A stretch of DNA of 64,000 nt from Phoronis australis (Eukaryota; Animalia; Phoronida): contig NMRA01000105.1 of NCBI GenBank assembly GCA_002633005.1, positions 846,010-910,009 on the forward strand. The letters are read 5' to 3'. The notes under the pieces were generated by a model. It did no database searches and was not told the origin of the DNA. It saw only the letters and a list, made by a program, of their open reading frames with translations. Below are positions 38,001-50,153 of this stretch, one piece after another. Both the position numbers and the translations under genes were made by a program. Numbering within the stretch: the stretch's first letter is position 1; each line of letters starts with the position of its first letter.

Positions 38001-38782
38001 TTTATACAGACCCTCATCTGAGTTAAGGTAACCTTAAAACTTCGTTATCTTGCATCACAATTTTCGATTTTCTTTGAAAACAATTTTATAGGGACAAGAG
38101 TTCAAAATCAACAGTTAGTTTCTTTGACGCAACAACGTATCACAAGTGCTTAAATAATTCAAAATCATTATTTTTCAATATCTGAATCATTAATAGGCGA
38201 CTCTTTTATTAATTCATATACTCCAATGATTTCTTAAGGAAACAATTATTACTGAATTTTATATAAATTAATAGAAAAATTATCATAAATAATGCAGTGG
38301 GATATACTCATCATAGTATAGCGGGGGAGGTAGGTAACAGGAATTGGATCGTCTGGATGTTGCATCTGCATTTCATATTGTAAGTGCAAGGTGCGTCATC
38401 GCTTCACTGGCCAATCAATGAGACAGAGTCAAGAGAAAAGAACTCGGCCAGTGAAAAATAGATACCTGCAAAAATGAGCAAGAGATAGCAAAGATGAAGT
38501 GACAATAAAGTTTTTGTTGCGTATTCTTGACAATTTCAGACCACCGTTACCCGATACGCGAACAGTACTACAGGACTCCCTGAGGCAGATGTATTGCGGG
38601 GGTGTAACACTCAATGCGAAGAAATCGATACGGAGATCGTGGGCATCTGGATACAGACAAAATGTTGTCACCGGGATCTATGTAACAACGAGCCTATCCC
38701 AATGATATCATCCACCACTAAGATCCAGTCCTTAAGTCTATTCACCATGTTGCTCGTGCTTACAGGTCGCTTTCTAATTTGA
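32007..38782 (+). CDS. Ly6/uPAR three-finger (quiver-like) protein, predicted GPI-anchored, gene B, 130 aa
   Basis: join(32007-32049, 37272-37378, 38540-38782), GT-AG, phases 1 and 0: MKGVTILLLFLICAGGASGQMCKSCHGKINSDCVHNPHLVATEYNCGYCSTTVTRYANSTTGLPEADVLRGCNTQCEEIDTEIVGIWIQTKCCHRDLCNNEPIPMISSTTKIQSLSLFTMLLVLTGRFLI. Has 10 domain Cys, RGC and CCxxDLCN motifs. Confidence 0.92.
32348..33476. mobile_element. Partial copy of the 20095-21542 DNA element, in intron 1 of Ly6 gene B
   Basis: Colinear similarity, ending ggcgaatacgg|ta. Confidence 0.7.
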
Positions 38783-40596
38783 CGAACCATAGGACTCGTC
38801 TGTTTAGAACAACAGGTGGCAGGACATTGGTACAATTTTGACATTTTTTACACAAAATTAAACGCACGCGTAAAACATGCTTGGAGCTAGACCGTCAACT
38901 TTTTCACAAAGTCCCCATTTTAAAAATGAACCTATTTTTTATGTTTAAAAACGATGCATTTGAGGCATAAATATTAACGAGGCATGCAAAAAAATTATGC
39001 TTTGTACTGTGATTATGCATGGAATGCATCATTTTTAAAACCTAAAAGGAGGCTCTGTGTAACATGGCGACTCCTTGAATAAGGTGTATGGTTAACGTCA
39101 AACAACACTGGGTAAAATGGTGAATATTGGTAGAACTTTATAAAGCCTTATTAGACATGTACAATGTTAATTTCACTTAATAACCCCTAATACACGAACA
39201 AGTCATAGATTGGGTGTATTCTGGGAGTCATTTGTCTTAACCTACTTTTTACTACCTGGGTAGAATTTAAATTGAATATTGTCAATGCAGCTCAGTTTTG
39301 TAATAGATAAGTCAGCCTCCATTTCATGTTACTTTAAAAAGTTAATCCTTGGTTTTCGCTCCAGTGTTTCACATTTAGTTGTATAAGCCCCCTTGCAATT
39401 CCGGATACAAGCAGATTCACATCCAACTGTTGTAGGATCTTAAGTGACTCCAGAAACACCCAGTCCCGAGTAGTAAATGTACTAACCTATCATATGTAGG
39501 TGTTATCACTGAGATATTCAAATACATGTTTTTATCTATTGACTGTCACCAAAGTTGAGTTTAATTGATAAAAACCTAACAACGTGCCATATGTACACAG
39601 CATTTCAATAATGATCACAGACCAAGATACTTCCAACAATACCTAACATGGGATTGCAAACTCCTCTGAAGCCCTATAGAGGACAGGATCAGCTGGAACG
39701 CCTGAAATGGGACTCACTATTTTCCAGCCAAAGCATCTATGGTACCTATTGTAGGTAGTGGCTTAACTCGACAATAAGGCGAGGACATCACACGTTGGTC
39801 CACTTAGGGATGTTGGTTTGAGCTTATGTAGGACGCCACTGACAAGTCTGTGTATTTAACCAAGAGTAAAAATGTACAATGTAGCTCAATTGAAATATGT
39901 ATTCTGTGAAGGTAGATAGCTTGTAAAACTCAATTTATTAAATTTCAGACCAACCTAAAGTAAATTAGACCACACGGTCATGTCGTTTCATTGAAATTTT
40001 AGCAAGATGCAAAATAATTAAAGAATTTTGTTTGATACTCAGTATATGCTATGTCAGAAAGGTCATTGCTGATCCTTCTTTGTCTGGTCACACCAACAAT
40101 TACGGCCAACAATGAAGTTGACCAGTCAATTTTTTGACTGTCTACTGCTTGTCTTAAGGAATGGTGACACGAAATTTCTGTGGATCAAACAAAAATATGA
40201 AAAAATTAGAAAATTATTTAAAGCTACATTTGAGCTGACTAACAAAATGAAAATCAAATTCGGCCTTTAACTCTCACTCATAAAATCCGTCTCATACTAT
40301 ATATGATCACAGAACTCCATGACCAAAAAAAACATTCAAACCATCAACGCCTTAAGAAAACGCTAAAGAGCATATTGAGGTTGCACAACCCTAAAATTGC
40401 ATATATTAAAATGTTTTTTTGAGTCGCTGATGGTTTCAATATTTTTGATGGTCACAGAAATACAATCATACTAAGATAAGGAATACCACAAGGCCTTGAT
40501 GAAAACCCAATTCAATTTTTAAAGCTGGATAAACAGAACGGATTGCATAGTTCAAATTACAATACCGCAAAGTCAGCTCTGGTTCCAACAAACTAA

Positions 40597-41959
40597 AGGT
40601 GAATGCCACCCGATTTAATTAGCCTTTTTTACCGTCTTAATCGGTCTATGTCCACATCGCCTCGCATACGATTGACCTTACCTTGCCAAGACGTATCGCG
40701 TTAACCTGTGAGGAAGGTCAGAAACGACGTAGAGACGTCAGTGATCATTTGCATAATGAATGCCGCTATGTTGCGGTGCATCATTCCTGCTTGTCCAAAC
40801 TATGCAGCTGCGAGGAAAGTGGGTACATCGTTTTGTCGACTTCCTCGAGAGTCCGAAATGCTTTAAGAAGTGGCTCGCGGTAGTGAAGAATGAAAAGAAC
40901 GCTGTAAATAGCAAGTATCAGGCGCCGTGAAACATCTCCATGTCTGTGGCCTGCAGTCATCGATAGTGAGTCTGATGAATGCCGGCTTACCAAATAACTA
41001 TCCATACGTTCCGTTGCCTGAGCTTCTTCACGGTGCCTCTCTAGTATTTTTTCATCACAGTATTCCGGTTTGAACTGATAGCCTGTGAAACTTAACGATC
41101 CACTTACGAAGTCTTCATCAGATGAGCTCTTAACTAATTCGGGATTACGAGTTGCCATGTTGACGTTTATTACTGAGCGTTCTGTTTCAAAATGAATTAT
41201 TCTCACCCTAACCTGAATAGGCCTAATACTTAAATAAAACTGAAACTTAAAGCGTGTCTCATTAGATGTAATTTGTAATGCCTTTGGAGTGTTTGTGAGT
41301 GCAATGATTTCAGAAGCCAGCAATGAATAAATCACTGCATTACCAGCTTTAGGTGCAATAAAACTAATAGACCGTATACCGAGGCCGTGTGAGTACATGC
41401 TAATTCAGTGTTTACAGACAGAAACTGTTGTAAATCAATAACTCCATTTTCCATCCCATGGCCAGGTGTTACGGGAATCTTTATTTACCTATACATTATG
41501 CAAATAATGATTGTCAATGTACAACTGCTGCCCTGAAGGTTCTGTGGCCAAAGGGGAACCTGAATTTGCGGCCCCCGACGAGTAAGTAGATTTGCTACGG
41601 ACCTTGGTAAATTGGCCTGCCGAACTTTGCAGGCTACGGTGTGTCCAAATACCAATAAATCCATAACAGCGAAATAAGACATTGTTTTTAAAAGAACTCG
41701 GTGTATTTTTAAGGGTTTTACATCGGAGTTTGATGATTTATTGGCGTTAAATGATGAATTTAAGCAATAAGATGACACCAGTAACCCATGTTGTGAACCG
41801 CTGAACAGATTGCTTGTAAAACCAATGATGTCATTGGATAATTTCAACACCTCCGTCTGCCGCCAGGTGTCAGGTAACGCAACCGAACGTTCTGTTTTCG
41901 AGTTCTGCTACTTGATCTAAATTGATACAAAATAGGCATTTTTTGGGTGGCATATTCCT
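40597..41959. mobile_element. Kolobok-like non-autonomous element with ORF remnant (40781-41398, minus)
   Basis: ctaa|aggtgaatgccaccc ... gggtggcatattcct|ttaa (12/15 TIR, TTAA-like target). The internal ORF contains MAT..SSSDEDF..GYQFKPEY. Confidence 0.55.
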
Positions 41960-42227
41960 TTAAGTCGCTTTCCCATTAGAAATGAAACTTCGCTTTTACC
42001 GAAGTTTCAGTAAGTGGGGTAAGATTAACTACCAAGTTAATCTTCGCTCAAAGTAGCAGGATTTACCGGTGAAGCTTTGGTACTCAACGAAACATCGGTG
42101 TAGTGGGAACAAAGGCATACATGTCAGAATCTTACAAGGATGTCAACCAACTAGTTAGGTGTACATGTTACAACTGTCGACACCTTGTGGTCAAATTGTA
42201 AAACCATTCCTAAAAATAGTTGGTTAG

Positions 42228-42490
42228 GCTGCCCCGCCTGGTGGTCACATATTGTTATCCAAAGAGATAGATAGCTGGTTTAAGTCAGTTGACATAAACA
42301 TTCAATAGCTGCCCCACCTGGTGGACAACTATTAAAGCTATCCAAAGAGACAGGTATCTGGTTAGTTGGTTGACATCCAACATCCAATAGCTGCCCAACT
42401 GGTGGTCAAATATTAAAGCTATCCAGAGGGAGTCAGGTAGCTAGTTGGTTGACATCCAACATCCAATAGCTGCCTCATCTGGTTGTCAAA
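42228..42490. repeat. ~80-bp tandem repeat, ~3.3 copies
   Basis: gctgcccc(a/g)cctggtgg..atattaaagctatcca..gttgacatccaacatccaata units at ~42228, 42308, 42390 and 42468. Confidence 0.85.
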
Positions 42491-43467
42491 CGGAAAGACT
42501 TTTCAAAAGGAGATAGCAAATGGGGTGGAGTCTGGATGATGTACTGGCCACAACAGGAGGTAATTAGTTTAATTGGATGTGAACCAACTATTAGTGTCTG
42601 TTGCATCAAAATAGTCACTTGGAAGCAGAGCTGCATCGAAGTTATCAGTAGAGGTTACGGCAATAATATACGATCACACGAGACTCGCAAAATGTATTCT
42701 TTTTTATTGTAGTGTAGCCGACATGTTCTCAATAGATGGACAAAAATAAATAATTGAAAACATATCTGATAAAGAATGACACTGATCACTTGTAAATGGC
42801 AGGCAAACAATTCTTAGTAAGCCTTGAACCAACTATTGAAAAACAAAAGTCATTTTTGGATTTTGGGTGAAATTATATAAGGATGTCCCCGTACAAGTAT
42901 TAGTCAGTTTGACATGTAATTTTTGAGTTTATACTCTGTGTGACCATATTTTAAGTATGATTCCGGTGAAAATTTCTAAATGAACATTGAAACTGAGGAG
43001 ATACGGTCAAAATTTGTGCAAGGAAAAAGTTTAGAATTCAATTAAAATTTTATCATCATTAGCTTGGCAATGTACTTGTAGTTTACATCATTTTGGGTAC
43101 AAATTTATTTACATTAAACGGGGTCAACCTTTGAAACCTTAAAGTCAGAACTAAGTTTTGTCTCAAATTTTTTTAATAAAGAAATTTAGTACGGGTCTCC
43201 TCAGTCTTTTTCAAAAATTAATGCAAAAGTTTAATTTTCAACCTTGTGAAAGCCACAAATGTGCACAATGTCCACATCCAATTATTTTTAAGAACCCCCT
43301 ATTAGGGCATTAACCACTAATACAAAAAACTAACACTTGTTTAAAACTAAATATTTGGTCAGCAAATAGACACTGCACAGCCGGTAGCTGTTGCAAAATC
43401 CTTCAAACCACCAGACTCTGAGCAGATCCATCTCTGAGCAGCTAGCATACAGAAACGCTCCTCGAAA

Positions 43468-46400
43468 ATGAAGATCGTTCTTCTCTTGTTTGCAGGTAAG
43501 TCAGTCAAGAAAACGGCCGACTGGATTCAAATAAAATTTTCAAATACAGCCATTCCTTGGTCACTTTGTGCCAACATCATTGGCAAAATACTGCCATTTG
43601 TCAAATGTTAAGGTACAAAAGTGCTGTGACTGATAAAAATTGTCCACCTGTAAAACATTTATGAGCAGCTGCACGTCAAGTAGATAGAATTTGCTTGGCA
43701 TTCATTATCATTTTGAAAAATTTGACAAAATAAAATTTCGCACTTCCAACATATCGTGTGTACTTTCATTTATTTACAGTCTCTTAATGTTTTACCATCT
43801 AATCTTTTCAGCGCAAATGACTTTTAATGAAAAAATCCAAACTTCAATATAACAAAAAACATTAATTTGAAGTGCTACAGATTTATTTTCGAGTATTCAT
43901 ATCAATTCAGCTTTGGTCATGTCACATGGTTGTGCGGATATTTGGAAGTTGAATGAAAAATATAGTATGAACAATCTCAAGTGGCACTGAAAATGCAAAC
44001 TCAATGGACATGGTGTAGGAACAACACTAAGAATGTTGGTGTCAGAACCTCTTATGACGATGTCGTCAGGTGTGGGCTTGTCCCCCTCGTTTATATGAAG
44101 GATGACTCTGATGTCGGTTTCCGAGTAATTACAATTTACAGATGGAACTATCATTCTCTGCATACTTCTCCATCTCAGTTTTAAACAATATACAAGGATT
44201 TTTTGTCTTATTTTTGTTCATTTCAAATAACGTTTTATCTATACCAGAAATCAGAATTGTCGTATTTCCTCTTTTGTACAAGTTCATTTTTGGGGGTCTG
44301 ATGTTATACTCCAGGAAAAATTAAGTCTTAAGTAGTGACTATGGTGTCTACAGTTACTAAGCTATCTTTTGAAAAAAGAACTTTGTTCCCACTTAAAAGT
44401 TGAAATTGTTAATTGGCTGTTAATTAGTAGGCATCTTAATTAATAAACCCTAAGACACATCTTAACTGGCATCATTTTAATTTGAGTGATTTGAATGAAA
44501 TAGATTTTAGGGTCTTCTTTTGGACCACCCCATGGACCAAAGCCCAGAATTGTGCAATTAAGATGCCCCTTTCCTTCAATGGTAGGTGACTTACAATAGA
44601 ATTATGCACTCAAACCCTTTGCACTCGAAAGTGTGAATAAAGAACAGCTGGATGATCTTTCAGTTTGGTTAGCATCACTTGTGCTGGAGTAAGTACTTCG
44701 TGTGCTGCTCCTGATAACCTAAAACGACTATTCACTATTCCAAAAACATAACTTAGATGGAAATTTTACAGCTATGAAAAAAAGTAGGAAAAAGTAGGAA
44801 ATATTAGGAATTTCAGGAAAAAGTAGGAAAAGTAGGAACGCTTTAAAGCCTGCGGTATTCATAATGGAATGTTAGTGGTGAGATCACCAGTGCTATCTCC
44901 TCTGTCTGCCTACCCTGTCTGCCTTCCCTGGAGTCTGCTTCCCTAGTCTGCCTCCCCTGCCAGAATTGCACAATCGCTGGGTAGACAAACATTGGGAGAT
45001 TATAGAAATCTGTGACACTGCATGAAAGCCAATCTTCAGTGGTAAATTTTTGGTTCCTACAGTATGTTAGGAGCATCACTCTGAGCCCACTAGTGCCATA
45101 AATTGCCAAATGTAATGAACTATTAGGCATAAGCTTGCTTTAGTCTACGTCACCGCGGCAACACTCACCTTTTAATTCAAACAGCCATGAATAACACCCG
45201 CAGGCAAGGATGTTCTAATCAGATCCCTATTCAATACAACCTTTTGTTGTTTGTGCTGGGATCTCGTGGTGACGCTACAGGGCACGAAAAGGCAGCTTCA
45301 CTTATCAAAAGTGACGGGCTTACACTTGCGTGATTGAACTCGCGTTTTCTTATTTTACTAAGGCTTTGCTAGGACTGGTCAGCCCAAAACATCAAACATA
45401 ACAAAATTCCGTTGAAGATGGCCTTGAAAATGTTGCCCTTGTTCTATTAGTTTAGAGGTGATTAAGTTACCATCAGGGTTGTTATTGTGTGTTCCAATTG
45501 TTAAGGATAAGGAATAGGAATCAAATGGTGATAAGAATGCAGTGAGGAAATATAAGTGATCTGGGCAAGAAATGGGTCCCCTCGTCAATGACAGGAAAAC
45601 AGTTATAATGAAAAAGGAAAGTGTGGTAGACTGCTCAACATTTACAATTAGTTTTTCTTACATAATGCACTATCCCACTGTGGAACCAGAACAACTTTAA
45701 CCAAAGTTCCAACCTGTAGTAAATTGACAACAGAAAAAAAATCCGGTAAAAAATCTGCTCTTTGCTTCCATGAAATCACCTTAATCTGCCCTATTCACTA
45801 TTATTCACAGAATGCAATGCAGTAGTTCTGACTAGACGTGATTGTGTACTTGATACATCATACTGACATCCTGTCAAGTCACGTAAAAACATGTGATTAG
45901 GCGAGACCAAGCAACACGTCTGATGCAGCAGAGACACAACACAGTCCTAACTGAACAACGATTTCAGTAACTAAAAAGTATCACAGTAAAATTCTTTATG
46001 TGCCGATTTATTGTTAGACGACCCTCTTATAATTCATGAAATAACATGCAAACCGAGAAAGTACCACTTGATCAAAAATTTACAGCATCAGTGCGTGAAC
46101 TATTGCAGGCTCGTTTTAATGACATTCCAGTTTATGCTCAATGCTACCAATCAACACTCAAATCAAATATGGAGTTCAAATTAATCTAAATCTTGCAGGT
46201 CTGGTGGCCAGTCAGACAGCCAAGCCAATGTTGTCTTGCTACACCTGCCAAGCGTCTACTGAGAGGAACGATCCTGACAGCAGTTGTTTGAGGGGTCCCT
46301 GGGAAATGAAGAAAGTTACCGTTATGGGTAACTGCACCACCTGTGCGGTAAGCCGATAACACTAAATACTGAAAATGTAAAGAAAAACATCAGTAGCAAG

Positions 46401-49400
46401 AGACCCTCTTGAAGAAATTGGACGCAACTGAACCGTGACATGGGCACCATGACAAAGACTCACTATGACAATGATAAACGTAATGGTGATGACGGGTGGA
46501 AAATACGTTTAAGCTTAGATGGCAATTTTAAGGAAATTGAATGGCAACTTAGAGGAAAAATTAAAACAGACCTGGAGCCAAACAATAATCGCCGCAACTT
46601 CACTTACTTTTCTCACTGACTGGTGACATCGGAGTTAGTTCTCTGGTTTAAACACCTGGTGGGATTTCTGAATCTAATGAACTCCGATATTAATAAACAT
46701 CGTGTGCCATTTACATCCTACTGATCAGTGTTATTCTCAGTTAGATTTCTGTTATCATATTCTTTTTCGTGACTATTGATACTGTAACGGAAGACGAGTG
46801 AATTCTCGCGCAACTGATGTCACAACTTCAAGCGATTACCCTAGGCAAAGTGGAACTAACGTTTCTCACTGAAGCAGAGTTGTGCAACTCCACACTTCAA
46901 TCCATCTCTTTCAAGAGGACATGCGATGGCTTAAGTCTGGGAGCTACGATTTCCCATAAAGCCGAACTCTGCAAAGCAGAGGTCAGTTGTGGCAAAGGTG
47001 GAAAAGTAACATAAGATTGACTCTACACCAACAACACAGAAGATCTTACTTTTGGAAAAGCTCGTCACTAAGTTCAAACATAATTACCGTACTTGTCCGA
47101 GTTACGGCCCATGCTTGGCTTGCCACCCACCCCCCAAAATTTAAATTTTTCATTTTTAAGCACCTATGCTTGGCTTGACTGCCCACCCCCAAATTTTTAT
47201 GATCGAGACTTCCGTAAAAGTATCTGTGCTTCTGCGAACGATCATCGCACAAAATTAAGATTCCAAAACGTGCGCAACTTGCTTACCTTTCTGTGACAAT
47301 CAATCAGTTTTAGCAGAACAGGGACCTTGCCTTAATATGGCAGTAAAATACCCGTATGCTCATGCCCTTTACCAAAGGAGTCACAATTGTAGCCTTTGGC
47401 TCATGCTCGGAACTCGTGTCTGCATGTACTGATCACTGAGACAGCGCTTGTCGAATGTATTTCAATTGCTGTAGAATAACCAGCAAAGAAGTACTTGACA
47501 GGGAAATCCCGTCCGTAAATTGTCAACCTTTCTGTGATTCCCGTGACAGTACACAAAACAGAACCACCCTGAGCATTGAAATAAGAAAAGACATGGTCCA
47601 TTGTGACAAGCCAACCTGTGTCGCTGTTCCCGTCTTGATTAAACGCATGTTTTTAATGACTTTCACTCCTGACACCAAATTGGAATCGCCCAACCAAAGG
47701 CAAAAGCCCAAAAAATCAACTTGTTATGAGCACAAGTCGAACATTCTGTCCATGTTCCACTTGGTCAAAAACATATTTTTTGAACTTTTGATTTGCCTGA
47801 TGACTTTTTACAAGATGTGTTTTTGCTTCATTATTTTGGAAGCTGACCGAGTACCCCTATTGCCCAATAGTAGTATCGTCCGATTGTTGAGCACGTGCTT
47901 TGAACAACAGTGGTGTTGGCCTTGAACTCAAAAAAGAAACATACAATGTATGTAAAATGTTACCTTGTTCAAAGCATTCCATAAGAAGAACTGTCAATCA
48001 TTAGCATGTGCCTGGTTGTCTAAGTGTCCAGCCCAAGCAAATCTTTACACAATCAAGTGCTTCCCTTAACAAGAGCGTTGAAATGCGCCCACGGATGCAT
48101 CTCAAATGGTGTGCTTTTAGGGTTATTTCTTTGTATCATAAAAGTGGCCATTAGATGGCGCAAATCGTACACTCCATTCAAAAACGGGAACACGCCATAT
48201 TTCATAAAAATCTGTCAAGGAACTTCAAAGAAACAAAAGAAAAACAATCTGAACAAAATGAAAGTGCCACTTGTGGGCACAGTGTCTGTTCCATCCGCCT
48301 GAAAGTCATCGTCCATTATCTTCATACAAATTCACTTACTAAATTTAATAAAGATCCTGCAGTGGGTTTTGGAGATACAGCTATGGGCGCAAAACAAAAC
48401 TACCACTAGGAGGTGCAACAGTAGTTGAACGTGTCGGAAAAACGTCGTCAGCCATCCACTTCATAGTAAAACATACATGCAAATTTTCACAATTATCCTG
48501 AAAGCGGTTTGGTTGAGAGATGAGTGGACTTCAAAAAACAGACTCAAAAACACTAAAAATGGCCATTAGGTGGTGAAAACTAGGCCGAATCCATCTGAAA
48601 ACGAAGAGATAGCGTCACCTCATTCACAGGTGCCTGTATGCCAAATTTTATGAAAATATGTTGAGGACCTTTGAACATACAGATGTAAACATAAAAAAAT
48701 ATAATTGCCACTAGACGGCACAGTCGTCAGATCCGTCTGAAAGTCGTCATCCTTCGTTGTCGACATAATAAAAATACACTTACTAAATTTAGTAAAGATC
48801 CTGTGGGATACAGCCATAGGCGCAAAAAAAAACTGACACTAAGAGGTGCCAGAGTAGTCTAAGTTGTCGGAAAATCATCGTCAGCCGTCCGTACATGCCA
48901 ATTTTCACAATCATCCTTTGAGCTGTTTGGTTGATAGAGGGGTGGACGCAAAAAATACTCAAAAACAGTAAAAATGGCCACTAGGTGGCGCAAACTATGC
49001 TAAATCCACCTGAAAACGGGAGGATAGCATCATCTCACTAATAGGTTCCAATATACCAAATTTTATGAAAATCTGTTCAAGACTTTTGAAAGAAGAGATA
49101 AACGTAAAAAAACTAAAATTGCCACTAGGGGGCACACCGGTAGTCAGATCCCTCCAAAAGTTTGCTCATGCAGTCCGATCCACGGAAGGATTACACAGGT
49201 GCAAAATTTCATGAACATACATCAAGGCATTTTGGAGATAGAGCAGCAGACGCCGGACAGACAAACACTGGACGGACAGACGACGGACGGATGGAGATGA
49301 CGGCATAATGCGTCCACATAACTATAGATATGTGGGCGCATAAAAATACACCGCGAACTAGCGAAGTCTTGTTTGATCTGTCTTTTCTCTCAAGAAACTT

Positions 49401-50153
49401 GTCCTACTGAACGCACGCCTACCTGTAGGAATACCTTAGTTCTAAGAGAAGACCAGCAGCGACCGAGGTACATAAAAACCCAATCACGCTCAGGATCACG
49501 ACGCCGCGGTATTGTGTACGCAGGCCGTCTAAGTCCGTTACTTCAATCCCCCAACCTATATTTTAACTGATATGCTTGAAGTCCAACGTCAGTGTAGCTC
49601 CGTCAGGGTAATATCAGTCCTCGGTGCAGTAAGGAACAACTCCCGACTTCTCAAAAATTTCGATTTTAACCACCCATGCTCGACTTACCAGCCACCCACT
49701 GTTTTTTTAGATTCCCACTTTAAGCACCCTCGGCGGTAACGTGGACGAGTACGGTAATGGCAAAACAGTCATATTCAATTTGAAAAAATGTGACCCCTAA
49801 TTATTTAAAGATAAACAATGGAATTTTTAATGTTTGCAATATTATCATTGATGGTATAGGGCAGGAATCTGTGCTACACTGGTGTTTTATTTCAGATCAC
49901 CATGTCGGAGGATATGTATAGTATGAACAAGAACACGACCATTACCCGGTACTGTGTGATGCCCGGAAGATATGGGTGTCAGGAAGGATACATCGAGTAC
50001 AACATGATTAGATACATTACCCAGTGTTGCCATAGCAACATGTGCAACTCTAGAGACCCGCCTGACCTGCCCCCCAGAGTGTCTGGATCAGTGAAACTTG
50101 CAACGGGAGTTGCATCCTTGATCTATGCTGTGGTTTCCTTGAATTTTTTCTAG
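43468..50153 (+). CDS. Ly6/uPAR three-finger (quiver-like) protein, predicted GPI-anchored, gene C, 144 aa
   Basis: join(43468-43495, 46199-46347, 49896-50153), GT-AG, phases 1 and 0: MKIVLLLFAGLVASQTAKPMLSCYTCQASTERNDPDSSCLRGPWEMKKVTVMGNCTTCAITMSEDMYSMNKNTTITRYCVMPGRYGCQEGYIEYNMIRYITQCCHSNMCNSRDPPDLPPRVSGSVKLATGVASLIYAVVSLNFF. Clear paralog of gene A. Confidence 0.92.
44900..44960. repeat. Short minisatellite (gtctgc(c/t)tccct-like units)
   Basis: tgtctgcctaccctgtctgccttccctggagtctgcttccctagtctgcctcccctg. Confidence 0.7.
47087..49754. mobile_element. 2.67-kb TA-flanked DNA element (CCGTACT(T/C)GTCC TIRs) in intron 2 of Ly6 gene C
   Basis: ta|ccgtacttgtccgagttacggcc ... ggcggtaacgtggacgagtacgg|ta. 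Confidence 0.75.
48068..49346 (-). mobile_element. DINE-1/HINE-like (Helentron non-autonomous) element nested in the 2.67-kb element
   Basis: On the minus strand: T-tract, subterminal IR with adjacent hairpin (atgcgtccacata/tatgtgggcgcat), (GTCY)n-like tract, central ~140-bp repeats, second IR copy atgcgcccac at 48083-48092, and a ctcttgtt end. Confidence 0.75.

Noticed and set aside
47455-47925. 156-aa plus-strand ORF
   Set aside because: No motifs, lies inside a transposon in an intron, and the more protein-like signal is on the opposite strand
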